Assembly: GCF_000485595.1 (NCBI RefSeq)
Contig: NW_014577071.1
Coordinates: 324,224-388,223, forward strand
Length of the DNA: 64,000 bases
Source of the DNA: Priapulus caudatus
Lineage: Eukaryota
Direction of reading: 5' to 3'
Positions within the stretch are counted from its first letter, which is position 1, and the number at the start of each line of letters is the position of its first letter. Below are positions 1 through 13,762 of the stretch, piece after piece. The notes below the pieces were generated by a model, which ran no database searches, was not told the DNA's origin, and worked only from the letters and a program-made list of their open reading frames with translations. The position numbers and the translations under genes are program-made.

Positions 1-79
1 TCCAACGATAGCTTACTGATGCTGCAATAGACTTCGACACGCGTGCCTTTCTCTTAAAGAGGAATGCCTGTTCGCGACA

Positions 80-3000
80 TAGCTAGAGAAGAGCAAGAAG
101 AATGCCAGCAACGCGCGCTGCGTACCGTGACGTCGGTAAATAGCCGAGATTGTGCGAGACGCAAGACATCGCTAGCCTCCTGTGCTCAGCTGCTCGACCC
201 TTAACTTGCCGTTCTCTCTGGCGACGGTGCTTCGGAGCGGTATGATGGTGAGTGTCGCCAGCCAACAGATCTCTTCTCTCCCTCTCTACGCCAGCAGCGC
301 TGCCGCCATTTGAGGGCTTTAAGCTCGGAGAGCGTTAGACAAACAACAAAACAAACTTGCTTTTCTGTCGCATTCTATTTCAATTCGCGATGCTCCTTGA
401 ACAGTTGCTATGTACTCTTCGTATTCGCTCACGAGCCCTGACTACAAGCTCGGCACGCCCAAATGAATCGCTGCGCAACGAGCTCGAGCCGTCCCGGTGT
501 TTCAAGTTACCACCTGATGGTGAGTCTATTCAGTTCCATATTTACATTCTATCTATATACAGCCTTTCTGCTAGCCATCTATGACAAATACGACATCGCA
601 GATTTACGCTTCTCCTATTGACACTATTTGTCATAGGAGATTCTTCCTATGACAAATATTGCGGTATTGTGTTGTGCGCGCATCATAGGAGTTTACGGAG
701 CGCTATTATGAACGCAAGCATGGTGAATTTTCAGACTGTCAGCGGGACGAAAGGTTGACTCGCAATATTTGTCATAAGGAAGAATCTTTTATGACAACAT
801 AGTGTAGTATGGAGAGCGTATTATTATGCGTATGTCGTATTTGTCATAGATGCAAGCAGAACACTTGTTGCCTATCTCTGCCGCTTTATGCCTTGCTCAA
901 TTGCTTGTTGCTATAGACCTTATTGTTAGTGGTCATGACCCTGTGTGTGTCTAGCAGCGACTTGATATACTTTATATATATGTCATAATATATATGCTTG
1001 TGTTGCAGTGTTTATTGTAGTGTTTGCTTACTGGCATGTGTAATTTGAATTGATTAATAAGAGCATGGCACATTCATGTTATCTTGACTGCGTACGTTAC
1101 GTACTATTTATTGCTTGCTTTATCCTTGTTTGTGTTAGTATTTATCTTGTTCAAATCGCTACAGGTTACAAACAATCGCTTTATTGTACGGTTGGTTTGC
1201 TATTAGTGCTTACCAAGGCTTAAATAAAATCTCGAAATATTATAGATGTTTTGTTTGACAGGATGTTATAAATCTGGAAACTTTTTACGGTAACTTGTAA
1301 ATGATAAATCCACAGCTTAGTACGAGGGATCTTATTAGGATGGATGCTTTGTAATTATTAATATGTTTTAAATATAGACACTGGATGAGGTAATTCATTT
1401 TAATAATTAAATATAAATTTCTATACCTAGACATAACTGTATGGATATCCTTCTGTAAATAGTTATTGTAATCGTTTAGGGTTTAGTGTATTTCGTAGCG
1501 GTTTATAAACCCCTTCACGCGATATCGATAATAATTATATATATTATATATATATATATATGGTATATGCTATAGTTATAACCTAGCCTGTTAGTCACGT
1601 TCAAATACACGTTGAATTTTACACCGCGTGATTACGTGTCGATAATATGTCCATGAGCATGTGAGTGTCAGGATGTGAATGTATACGTGCGGGATGTTGT
1701 ATGATAACTTCATTCTGGGAGGGCGGATTTTCGCAAACCAGCAGTCTAACAAGGGTTGTTTGGTATCTTCCTGCACGCTTGCTCCCCTTGGCGGTATGCG
1801 CGATAGAACTAGTTTCTGCCGCGTGTGTGAGGACTGAAAACTGTCTGGAGGCGTCTCCAAATTGCCTCGTTTTGCGAATTGGCCTGTAATACTTTCTGCT
1901 GCCGGCGCTCGCTTCTCGTTGAATTGGAAGAACTGGTTTTAGTTCACTCTGGTACTTGATCTTCATCATGAAGTTGTGCTGTTGGGCGCGCCGTTACGCA
2001 GTCGCGTATCCTTTAGGGCTTGGATTTCTGCGTCGCATATAGCGCTGCAGCTTCACTACGCCAACTGCGCTGACAATCTCCTCGTAATCGATACCAGATT
2101 CAAATGCACACGTGTTACTTTCGTGAAAACGGGCCTGTCGCAGCTGTGGGTGCAGCAGTAGTGCAAGCAGAGCAGTAGCAGCCGCACCAGCGTAGCAGCC
2201 AGCAGCGGCACACCACAGCAGCAGCCGCAGCCGTAGCAGCAGCAGCAGCCAGCAGCCAGTAGCAACACCACCACCAGCAGCCAGTAGCAGCAGCGCAGCA
2301 GCAGCAACAGCAGACCATCACCAGAAAGCGAGCAGCAGCGAGTAGGCACAACACATCACCACCACCACCACCAGTAGCGCCAGTGTAGTAGCCAGCAGCA
2401 GCAGTATAGCAGCCAGCAGCAGGCTCAGCAGCGCGCAGCGAGCAGCAGCGTGAGTACGCTCCTCGGTCGCCGCTGGATGTGGTGATAGCGGCTGTGACGA
2501 GACGTTACGCATATACCGACGCCAAACCGAGAATAGGACAATGGGCCCGCCTGCCCCCCCCCCGCTTATACTCTACCGCAATTTTCACCCTCCGGTAGCC
2601 GATGCGCATGCGCTGAGCGTGGTAGATTCCGATTTAGTCACCGCGTAATTTCGGTTTGAGTGCGCCGCCCGTCGTCGAAGGCGGTTGGATTGACGGCAGC
2701 TGGTATATATGAGCATATGCTGGGCTGCGAGAGAGGGCGGGCCAGGCGGGTCGCTGATCCTAGCGCGCGCGTGTGGGTGGGCTGTATGGTGGTAGGCGAG
2801 CATGCGTGCACAAAACGTGCTGTGCTTTATTTATTCTTAATATTTCGCCTCGCCACCTTGTCTAATTTTGAATGCGCATGTGGGTCGAATATATGGCCGT
2901 TCAAAGGTAAGAGCGACTGGGGTCGTAGGAGGCGCATGCGCACAGCCGGCGGCGGCGGCTGTATATAGTCAACGTGCGTAAAACGCCTAAGAGAAGTGTT

Positions 3001-3400
3001 TTTTAAACTCCTTCGACAGAAACTTTCATTCAAACCTGAGTTTGCGTTTGTTCTCGCGATTGCTAATTGGTCGGCTCGAACTTTATAGGCTTCTGTCGGT
3101 ATATAGAGGAGGAGGAGGGGGGGGGGGGCGGTTCTAGAGTGTAGGTAAAGTTGGAATGATTCGGCAGCGAAGATATCGCGAGGCTTTAATTACGGCCTCC
3201 TGTCTCATGCTCTGTTGGACTTTTTACTCGTTAATTTGCGGAATCCGTGTTTGCTCCTCTGGACGAAATTGAGTGCATTTAAGATTTATTGTGTGTAATG
3301 GTTTTATTATCAGATATGTTGGTGAATCAATTTAACTTGTGGATGCTTATTATAAATAAGTTCATATCACACACACAATATATATATATATGTGTGTGTG
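80..3400 (+). repeat. Indel-rich, order-permuted copy of 5650-8640
   Basis: 80-2200 matches 6720-8640 and 2300-3400 matches 5650-6680, with many 1-2 nt indels. Confidence 0.85.
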
Positions 3401-4706
3401 TATATATATATGGTGTAATATATGCGATATTTTGTGTAATATTTGTGTTAGGTATATACTACCTATATAATATTATAATACTTATATATATATATATAAG
3501 TACTATAGTACTATACATAAATATATTATATCCAAAAATTCTATATGTGTGCGTTGGCGCGATCGCGTGCGTGTGGCGTTGCGTGCCGTGCGGCAGTGCG
3601 GTGCGTGCGTCGTGTGTAATGTGTATTGTGTGTGTGCGTGTGGTGTGTGCTGTGTGTGTTGTGTAGTCGTGCGGTGTGGTGTGTGTGCGCGTGGTGTTGT
3701 TCGTGACGATGGTGGCTGTGTGATGACGAAATGTAGTTCGAAAACGTGTGGTTGTGTGTCGATAGCTGAACAGTGATAGGGGGTGGACATGTGCGCACGT
3801 AGTGGACAGATGTACGCGTCCATGCGCGCGTGGACCCCATCAACAACGTGCGTCGCGTTGCGGGCGATCAGCGCACCGTGGATATATTAATTATGAAAAG
3901 AAACGCCAGTAATATTTAAATAACACTATGTGAGAAATAAGACCTAAATGAACAGCGATAGAAATCTTAAAGCGAAATGGCCACCCTCACACAGATAAAT
4001 GCAGCTTATGTTTTCACGCTCTCCGTGAAAGCTCGATTTCCTATAGCTAAGGCACTATGTGACTAGTTGAGACTTCCTCTGCTACACACTACTAATGAAT
4101 TGAGTTCGGATGCAACAATGGGGTAGGAAAAATCAGATTAATATAGCACACTGCTGACCTACAACAAGAGAAAGATTGTACATTAAACAGTTCGGTTTGC
4201 AAGAAGGGTGCATGCAGCGTTTATCCTGGCCTCTCAATTTACTACGCGCGGTGGAATAGGCCTTACATTATATATACGCACGTACACACACACACTGCGC
4301 GGCACGATACGCACACAACACGCACGCACGCACGGCACACACACACGTGCGCGCGCACACACACACGCACGCACATGCACGCACGCAAAACTATATATAT
4401 ATGTATATAGTGTCGGTGGGTTGTCGGCTGTGTCGTTTAACTACAGGTTGTGCATTAAGGGACCGGAACAGTTACGATTTGTGCGCTCATCGGCAGCGAC
4501 AGGAAGTACGCTTGAATTTTTAAGTCATTGGCACAACTGCGGCTGCACAGAAACAATGCGCGGCGCGGGTGCATGGTCGCTGAACATGAATTCACACACG
4601 GGCGGCCGCCGCGAGAAATCCAGTACATCCTCTGGTGGCTAGTCGCTCGCAGATAAGCCCGGCGTGAATGCATGCACAGCGCTTGAGAGAGAACTGCGCA
4701 GGGATT

Positions 4707-4749
<43 letters not shown>

Positions 4750-5795
4750 GGCCCCTTTCCCTTCCCTCACCATAGAACGTACCCACTGACAGTCTATAGG
4801 ATTGTCACTTGGATAATCACCTGTGACCTTATGGAAATTGATTGTTCCTGCTCCCCCGTTCTCTGGCCGAGTGCCAGCGGGCTGAAAAGCTAGCGGCTGA
4901 GTCCACTGTTATCAGCATGACAATGGCGGACCTATCTCACAGCCCATAATGCCAGCACCGGCGGTGATGCAAAGGCGCGCATGCGATGACGCGGTTGCTC
5001 GGAAGGTTCCCATGGCGAAGACAATGGGCTGCGAAAGTACAGTTATCTGCAGGCATTCGATGAGCCCGTTATGGGTGATGTGTCAGGTGTAATTTCTACT
5101 CCTTAATCACATAGGCAGGGCGCGTTTACAATCCCCTCGTGATGTGATGCGGCCAGCGAGACAATGCGTGCCGGCGTCGTTTTCACTTTGTCGTCCGGTG
5201 AGAATTTATTTGGCGTTGATTTTTGATGCGAAATTTTTCGGAATCGCACACAGTCGTCTGTTTGTTTGTTCACGGCTCGTTACCAACCTGTTACCTGTGG
5301 ATTACACCTGTAATAGGGTCGCTATATACCGTTATACAGGTGTAGAAATTAACGTTTGAACACGGGGGTCCAACGGACTCCCTACCCTCAAAAACAGGGA
5401 GTCCGCAGTTTGAGGTTTACAATTAAAGATATTAACAATAATGCATGTGCTTATTTTGAAGATTCATGCAGCTGCACGTCTGCCAAATTTTCTTTGGATA
5501 TTAGCTGAAAAAATACGGTACTTCCGCGAGGCCGTGCTCTGGAACAAACTAGTTAGTATGGCAGAATTTTCAGGGAGTCACGCGGACTCCTGCATATGTA
5601 AAATCAGTGAGTCCGACAGTAAATCAGGGAGTATTTGACTCCGGACACAGCAGCACCATCACCAGAAGGAGCAGCAGCAGTAGCACAACCACCACCACCA
5701 CCACCACCACCAGTAGCAGTAGTAGCAGCAGCAGCAGTAGCAGCAGCAGTAGCAGTAGCAGCAGCAGCAGCAGGAGCAGCAGCAGTAGTAGTAGT

Positions 5796-5850
<55 letters not shown>

Positions 5851-6988
5851 GCGTGAGTACGCCTCGGTCGCCGCTGGAGTGTGAAGCGGCGTGACCGAGA
5901 CGTACGCTATACCGACGCCAAACGAGAATAGACAATGCCCGCCTGCCCCCCCCCCCGCTTATAATTACCCGCAATTTTCACCCTCCGTAGCGATGCGCAT
6001 GCGCTGAGACGTGTAGATTCCGATTAGTCACCGCGTAATTTCGGTTTGAGTGCGCGTCGAAGGGTGGATTGCGGAGCTGGTATATATGAGCAATGCGGGG
6101 GCGGAGAGGGTGGGTGGGTGTATGGTGGTAGGCGAGCATGCGTGCACAAAACGGTGTGTATTTATCTTAAATTTCGCTCGCACTTGTTATTTTTGATGCG
6201 CAGTGGGTCGATATAATGGGTTCAAAAGGTAAGAGGACTGGGGTCGCAGGACGGCGCATGCGCACAGCGGCGGCGGCGAGTGTATATAGTCAAGTGCGTA
6301 AAACGCTAAAGAGAATTTTTTTTTAACTCCGACAGAAACTCATTTTCAAACCTGATTTGCGTTTGTTCTCGCGCTGTAATTGGTCGGCTCGCAACTTTAT
6401 AGAGCTCTGTGGTATATAGAGGAGGAGGAGGAGGGGGGGAGTTCTAGAGTGTAGAAAGTTGGGATGATTCGGCAGCGAAGATTCGCCGAGGCTTTAATAC
6501 GGCGTTCTCATGTCTGTTGACTTTTACTCGTTAATTGCGGAATCGTGTTTGCTCTCTGGCGAAAATGAGTGCAATTTAAGAATTTATTGTGGTAATTTTA
6601 TTATCAAGATAGTTGGGAATCAATTTAACTGTGGATGTTAGTATAAAATAATCATATACACACATATATATATATATATATGTATATGTATAGTTATAAC
6701 CTAAGAAGAAGAAGAAGAAGCCAGCAAGCGCGCGCGTACCCGTGACGTCGGTACAATAGCCGAGATTGTGGAAGACGAAGACATCGGCAGCTCCTGTGCT
6801 CAGCTGCTCGACCCTAACTTGCCGTTCTCTCTGAGCGACGTGCTCGAGCGTATGATAGGTGAGTGTCGCAGCAACAGCTCTCTCTCCCTCTCTACGCCAG
6901 CAGCGCTGCCGCCATTGAGGGCTTCACTCGAGAGACGTTAGACAAACAAACAAACAAACTGCTTTTCTGCTCGCAATATTCATTCGCG

Positions 6989-7070
6989 ATGCTCCTTGAA
7001 CAGTTGCTTGACTCTTCGTATTCGCTCACCGAGCTGCTACAGCTCGGCGTGTTCAAGTTACCACCCGATG
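6989..7070 (+). CDS. Candidate first coding exon of the Ets gene
   Basis: ATG at 6989, open to a consensus donor G|gtgagt in phase 1, matching the phase-1 acceptor at 17321 (MLLEQLLDSSYSLTELLQLGVFKLPPD). No homology recognised; lies in a duplicated, error-prone region. Confidence 0.35.
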
Positions 7071-7112
7071 GTGAGTCTATTCATTCCTATACATCTATCT
7101 ATATCCAGCCTA

Positions 7113-7395
7113 TTCTGCTAGCATCTATGACAAATACGACATACGCATATATACGCTCTCCTATGACACTATTTGTCATAGAAAGATTCTTCCTATGACA
7201 AATATTGGTGTATGTGTTGTGCGCATCATAGGAGTTTAGGAGCGCTATTATGAACGCAAGCAGTGAATTTCAGCTGTAAAGCGGAACGAAGTTGACTCGC
7301 CAATATTTGTCATAGGAAGAATCTTCTTATGACAAATAGTGTCGTAGGAGAGCGTATATATGCGTATGTCGTATTTGTCATAGATGCAAGCAGAA
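7113..7395. mobile_element. MITE/foldback element with ~95-bp TIRs (noisy duplicate at ~565-862)
   Basis: TTCTGCTAGCATCTATGACAAATACGACATACGCATATATACGCTCTCC... is mirrored by ...GGAGAGCGTATATATGCGTATGTCGTATTTGTCATAGATGCAAGCAGAA; arms contain CTATGACAAAT subrepeats. Confidence 0.8.
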
Positions 7396-8639
7396 CATGT
7401 TGCTATATCTGCGCTTATGCCTTGCTAATGCTGTGCTATAGCCTTATTGTAGTGATGACCACTGTGGTGTTAGAGCGACCTTGATATATATATATGTATA
7501 TATATATGTTGTGTTGCAGGTTTATGGTAGTGTTTGCTTACTGGATGTGTAATTTTGAATTATTACATAAGAGCAGGGCACATTCATGTTATCTTTGCTC
7601 GTACGTTACGTACTATTTATGCTGTTATCCTTTTTTTGTGTTACTATTTATCTTGTTCAATCGCTACAGGTACAAACAATCGCTTTATTGTACGTTGGTT
7701 GCTAATTGTGTACCAAGGGCTTAAATAAATCTAGAAATATATCGATGGTTTTGTTCAACAGGATGTTATAAATCTGGGAAACTTTTTACGGTAACTTGTC
7801 AAATGATAAATCCACACTGTACGAGGGATCTATTAGATGGATGCTTTGTAATATAATTAATATGTTTAAATATAGACACTGAATGAGGTAATCATTTTAA
7901 TAATTAAATATAAATTTCTATACTAGAATAAACTGTTTGAATCCTTCATTAAACATAGTTTATTGTAATCGTTAGGGTTTAGTGTATTCGTAGGGGTAAT
8001 AAACCCCTACCGATATCGATATATATTATATATATTATATATATATATATATGTATATGTATAGTTATAACCTAGCCTGTAGTCACGTTCAAAATACACG
8101 TGAATTTACACCGTGATTACGTGTCGATAATATGTCATGAGCATGTGAGCTGTCAGGAGTGAATGTATACGTGCGAGTTGATGATAACTTCATTCTGGGC
8201 AGGGCGGATTTTGCAAACCAGCAGCTATAACCAGCGGTTGTTGGTAGTCTCCCTGCACGCTTGCTCCCCTTGGGGTAGGCGATAGAACTAGTTTCTGGCC
8301 GCGTGTGTAGGACTGAAACTGTCTGCGAGCGTCTCCAAATTGCTCTGTTTTGCGAATTGGCTGTAATACTTTCTGCTGCGGCGCTCGCTCTCGTCTGAAT
8401 GGAGAACTGGTTTTAGTTCACTCCACTGATTCTTCATCAATGAAGTTTTTGTTGGGGCGGCCGTTACGCGTCGGTGTCCTTGGGCTTGATTTCTGCTCGC
8501 GCTATAGCTGCAGCTTCTACCCCAACTGCGTGACATCTCCTCGTAATCGCTACAGCATTCAAATGCACACGTGTTTCACTTTCGTGAAAACGGGCCGTCG
8601 AGCGGTGGTGGCAGCAGTAGTAGCAGCAGCAGCAGTAGT

Positions 8640-8673
<34 letters not shown>

Positions 8674-9315
8674 GCCTGCCGCTGCCTGCTGGCTGGTGCT
8701 ACTGCTGCTACTGCTACTGCTGATACTGCTGGCTGCCTGCTTGTTGCTGTACTGCTGCCCCGCGCTGCTGCCGCTCTGCTTCTGCTGCCTGCTGCTACTA
8801 CTGCCCTGCTGTGCTGTGTTGCCGGCTGCTGCTGCCTGCTGCCTGCCTACTACTCTGCTGCTGCTGCTGTTGTTGTTGGCTGCTGCTGCTCTACTCCACT
8901 GCTGCTGCTGCTGTGTCTGTCGGTGCTGCTGCTACTGCGCCTTTAATATAGTTAGGTGTCGCCTTCACTTGCTTCACTTGGCTCGCTTCACTTGGTTCGC
9001 TTCACTTGCTTGTCAGGCGAGATGGAGCTTCGCCGGGTAAACTGTTGTCGGTTTCTTACGTTCCGGCGTGGAATTATAGCGTTTACTCCCTCTCTGACTT
9101 GTCTTTCTCTTTATTTTGATATAAGTAAAGTAACGAGTTGGAGCGTGTAAGCTACCGCATTTGCACGGATATTGCGCGTAGACAACGCTCGCAAGCCTGT
9201 GTGTTTCCGTCCAGAAGGTGCTGCTATCCCTCAGCCAAGTGCTGCTATGATCTTCACTGCTATAATGATATATATATTGTATGTATATATATATATCCCT
9301 CTGCTCTGTCTCTCT

Positions 9316-9349
<34 letters not shown>

Positions 9350-9585
9350 TGCTCATCGTCTCAGTCCTCTCTCTCACTCTCGCTCTCTCTCTATATATAT
9401 AGATGAGATTAGAAGTAAAAACACGGACACGCATGTAGATTTCTGATATAGTTGGCGTCGTCATTTTATAGCCGGATGAGCAAGAGATACTCTCGAAAGT
9501 CCCTGATTTAAAATTTAACAACCTTATTCTATTATTACTATATGTAATATACTATATATCNNNNNNNNNNNNNNNNNNNNNNNNN

Positions 9586-11666
9586 ACCATCACCAGAAAG
9601 CGAGCAGCAGCGAGTAGGCACAACACATCACCACCACCACCACCAGTAGCGCCAGTGTAGTAGCCAGCAGCAGCAGTATAGCAGCCAGCAGCAGGCTCAG
9701 CAGCGCGCAGCGAGCAGCAGCGTGAGTACGCTCCTCGGTCGCCGCTGGATGTGGTGATAGCGGCTGTGACGAGACGTTACGCATATACCGACGCCAAACC
9801 GAGAATAGGACAATGGGCCCGCCTGCCCCCCCCCCGCTTATACTCTACCGCAATTTTCACCCTCCGGTAGCCGATGCGCATGCGCTGAGCGTGGTAGATT
9901 CCGATTTAGTCACCGCGTAATTTCGGTTTGAGTGCGCCGCCCGTCGTCGAAGGCGGTTGGATTGACGGCAGCTGGTATATATGAGCATATGCTGGGCTGC
10001 GAGAGAGGGCGGGCCAGGCGGGTCGCTGATCCTAGCGCGCGCGTGTGGGTGGGCTGTATGGTGGTAGGCGAGCATGCGTGCACAAAACGTGCTGTGCTTT
10101 ATTTATTCTTAATATTTCGCCTCGCCACCTTGTCTAATTTTGAATGCGCATGTGGGTCGAATATATGGCCGTTCAAAGGTAAGAGCGACTGGGGTCGTAG
10201 GAGGCGCATGCGCACAGCCGGCGGCGGCGGCTGTATATAGTCAACGTGCGTAAAACGCCTAAGAGAAGTGTTTTTTAAACTCCTTCGACAGAAACTTTCA
10301 TTCAAACCTGAGTTTGCGTTTGTTCTCGCGATTGCTAATTGGTCGGCTCGAACTTTATAGGCTTCTGTCGGTATATAGAGGAGGAGGAGGGGGGGGGGGG
10401 CGGTTCTAGAGTGTAGGTAAAGTTGGAATGATTCGGCAGCGAAGATATCGCGAGGCTTTAATTACGGCCTCCTGTCTCATGCTCTGTTGGACTTTTTACT
10501 CGTTAATTTGCGGAATCCGTGTTTGCTCCTCTGGACGAAATTGAGTGCATTTAAGATTTATTGTGTGTAATGGTTTTATTATCAGATATGTTGGTGAATC
10601 AATTTAACTTGTGGATGCTTATTATAAATAAGTTCATATCACACACACAATATATATATATATGTGTGTGTGTATATATATATGGTGTAATATATGCGAT
10701 ATTTTGTGTAATATTTGTGTTAGGTATATACTACCTATATAATATTATAATACTTATATATATATATATAAGTACTATAGTACTATACATAAATATATTA
10801 TATCCAAAAATTCTATATGTGTGCGTTGGCGCGATCGCGTGCGTGTGGCGTTGCGTGCCGTGCGGCAGTGCGGTGCGTGCGTCGTGTGTAATGTGTATTG
10901 TGTGTGTGCGTGTGGTGTGTGCTGTGTGTGTTGTGTAGTCGTGCGGTGTGGTGTGTGTGCGCGTGGTGTTGTTCGTGACGATGGTGGCTGTGTGATGACG
11001 AAATGTAGTTCGAAAACGTGTGGTTGTGTGTCGATAGCTGAACAGTGATAGGGGGTGGACATGTGCGCACGTAGTGGACAGATGTACGCGTCCATGCGCG
11101 CGTGGACCCCATCAACAACGTGCGTCGCGTTGCGGGCGATCAGCGCACCGTGGATATATTAATTATGAAAAGAAACGCCAGTAATATTTAAATAACACTA
11201 TGTGAGAAATAAGACCTAAATGAACAGCGATAGAAATCTTAAAGCGAAATGGCCACCCTCACACAGATAAATGCAGCTTATGTTTTCACGCTCTCCGTGA
11301 AAGCTCGATTTCCTATAGCTAAGGCACTATGTGACTAGTTGAGACTTCCTCTGCTACACACTACTAATGAATTGAGTTCGGATGCAACAATGGGGTAGGA
11401 AAAATCAGATTAATATAGCACACTGCTGACCTACAACAAGAGAAAGATTGTACATTAAACAGTTCGGTTTGCAAGAAGGGTGCATGCAGCGTTTATCCTG
11501 GCCTCTCAATTTACTACGCGCGGTGGAATAGGCCTTACATTATATATACGCACGTACACACACACACTGCGCGGCACGATACGCACACAACACGCACGCA
11601 CGCACGGCACACACACACGTGCGCGCGCACACACACACGCACGCACATGCACGCACGCAAAACTAT
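9586..11666 (+). repeat. Exact duplicate of 2314-4394 (offset 7272), starting right after an N-gap
   Basis: Identical ORF translations at +7272, including apparent sequencing errors. Confidence 0.95.
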
Positions 11667-11887
11667 GTATATTTTTTGGTTGCCTTGCTGGAATATTCGT
11701 CGTGTTTTTTCTTCTGAGCCAAGGTACACAATGCTACACATGTATATAATGTAACATATTCATCTCTATTTGCTTACGGTGCGATTAGGGCGCGCATCTT
11801 GCTAGTTTAGTAGCGCTGTGCAAACAGCCGTTCAATAGCCATGATTAAAGTTATCACCGTTAGGATCATTGCTAACGCTCGCGCGCC

Positions 11888-11970
11888 AGCAGCAGCAGCA
11901 GCAGCAGCAGTATAAGTAGCAGCAGCAGCAGCAGCAGCAGCATCAGAGGTAGTAGCAGCAGTAGTAGCAT

Positions 11971-12001
<31 letters not shown>

Positions 12002-12037
12002 AGCAGTAGTAGTTGTAGTAGCAGTAGCAGTAGCAGT

Positions 12038-12075
<38 letters not shown>

Positions 12076-12126
12076 CAGCATCGTCATCATCATCATCAGC
12101 AGCAGCAGCAGTAGTAGTAGTAGCAT

Positions 12127-12157
<31 letters not shown>

Positions 12158-12180
12158 AACAGTAGTAGTAACATCATCAT

Positions 12181-12211
<31 letters not shown>

Positions 12212-12234
12212 AGCAGTAGTAGTAGTAGCATCAT

Positions 12235-12266
<32 letters not shown>

Positions 12267-12268
12267 GC
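11888..12268. repeat. Compound (CAG)n/(TAG)n/(CAT)n microsatellite
   Basis: Direct inspection; similar tracts at 5650-5850, 8610-8940, 35340-35515 and 57228-57460. Confidence 0.95.
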
Positions 12269-13729
12269 CGATGTCGTTCGTATTCATGTCCGGCCCGGGT
12301 GAAGTGTACGTAATTGCGCTCGCCCCGCGTTCACACCGATGAGGGCATACGTCTAAGTAACGGTATCTAAGGCAGCGCGCGCGTATTCATCTGTGAATTT
12401 ATGGTTCGGAGCGGTGCTGACACGCACGCCGCCGCCGCCGCCGCCATGTCAGCTCTCCGTGGGTACGTGTGTGTACGCGGCTTTGCCCTTCGGCGCGCTG
12501 ATAATGCCATTAATGCAGCAGCTGCTTCAGCGCTGAGGCATAGTTTCACCTGTTGCATCCACTGTGGGAATGTCGGCTGTTTCTCACACTCGGCGTGTGT
12601 GACGCTAACGGTCCTCCCCCTCCCCCCGACCAACGCTTGTCGGCGTGGCCCGCCGAATATTTTCCCATAGCCCGCGAGATCGCGACAACAAAAGCAAGTG
12701 TAGCAGAAAACGGGCTAAACAATAGCGATGATGGGCCACCGCGTAGCAAAAACCGTAAGCTCTCCGAGAGATAGGTTTAGTCATTAGCGTCGAGTCACGT
12801 GCTTGTCGGGAGAGAAATGCCATCGCATCATCTCTCCTCCCTCCGCCTCCTCCTCTTAGTGGTCTATCTGTCATCGGCGTTTTGATGAGAGGGGTATAAA
12901 TAAAAGAAGGACGCGCCGGGGCCTCAGTCGCGTATTAGGATGGTGGCGTTCGAAGGAGTAACATTGATCAGTAGTGTTCTGGACTTGCCGTACAAGGACT
13001 ATGTGATGAACGCGCCTCATGCAGCCTGTAAGTTTTCGCGGCTATTCGCGCTAAATTCGCTGTTATTATATATTTGCGTATACGTGTTCACGGCCCCACG
13101 GTTATGTATTATCGCGCGAAAGCCGGATATCGTTAAACGGAATCGATGGATGATTTATAATAAAAAAAACTATTGCCAAACTACTGTATTTACTGTACTA
13201 CTACTCTTATTTGTATAAGGTGTGTGTGGGGGGGGGGCGTATATACGGGGTTAAATTAAAGTTAGCCGATGATCTAAATAGCCCGGTAATTCAAGAGACA
13301 AGTTTTTCCAATATAATATATTATATATATATCCCCAGGGATTTCCTGTGTACGCCGGGTGGTGTTCGGATGTTATTGCGCTCGATACGTGCGTGTTATC
13401 AGATTGTAAGGAGCGCTATCATTGTAATGATTATGAAGTACCGAAAAGATTCAAGATAAGTCGTCATTTCATAAAGCCGTGTCAGTAAGGATTTAAATTC
13501 GGCGGAAAACTACAGCAATGCTTTGCAGTCCCCGCGTTAATCCAGTGCCAATGTTAATGGTAGCCGACTTTTATCAATATATGAGGCCGTTGTGAAATAA
13601 AGCATGCAAACCATTGGCGCGTGGTTAGAGAGTTTGTGCGGGATGTGTGGGTGTATGTGCGTGGTATGTGACTGCGTGATGCATGCGTGGGTGTGTATGT
13701 GCGCGTGCGTGTGTGAATGGGTGAGTGAG

Positions 13730-13762
<33 letters not shown>

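Noticed and set aside
5361..5645. Possible TIR element built on GGACTCCCT/AGGGAGTC words
   Set aside because: Inverted match is short and imperfect, with no TSD found.
5607..5974. Poly-Ser/Leu/Ala ORFs, and similar poly-HT/CV/ER/SL ORFs across the window
   Set aside because: Translations of CAG, CA and GA microsatellites; no domain content or splice-phase support.
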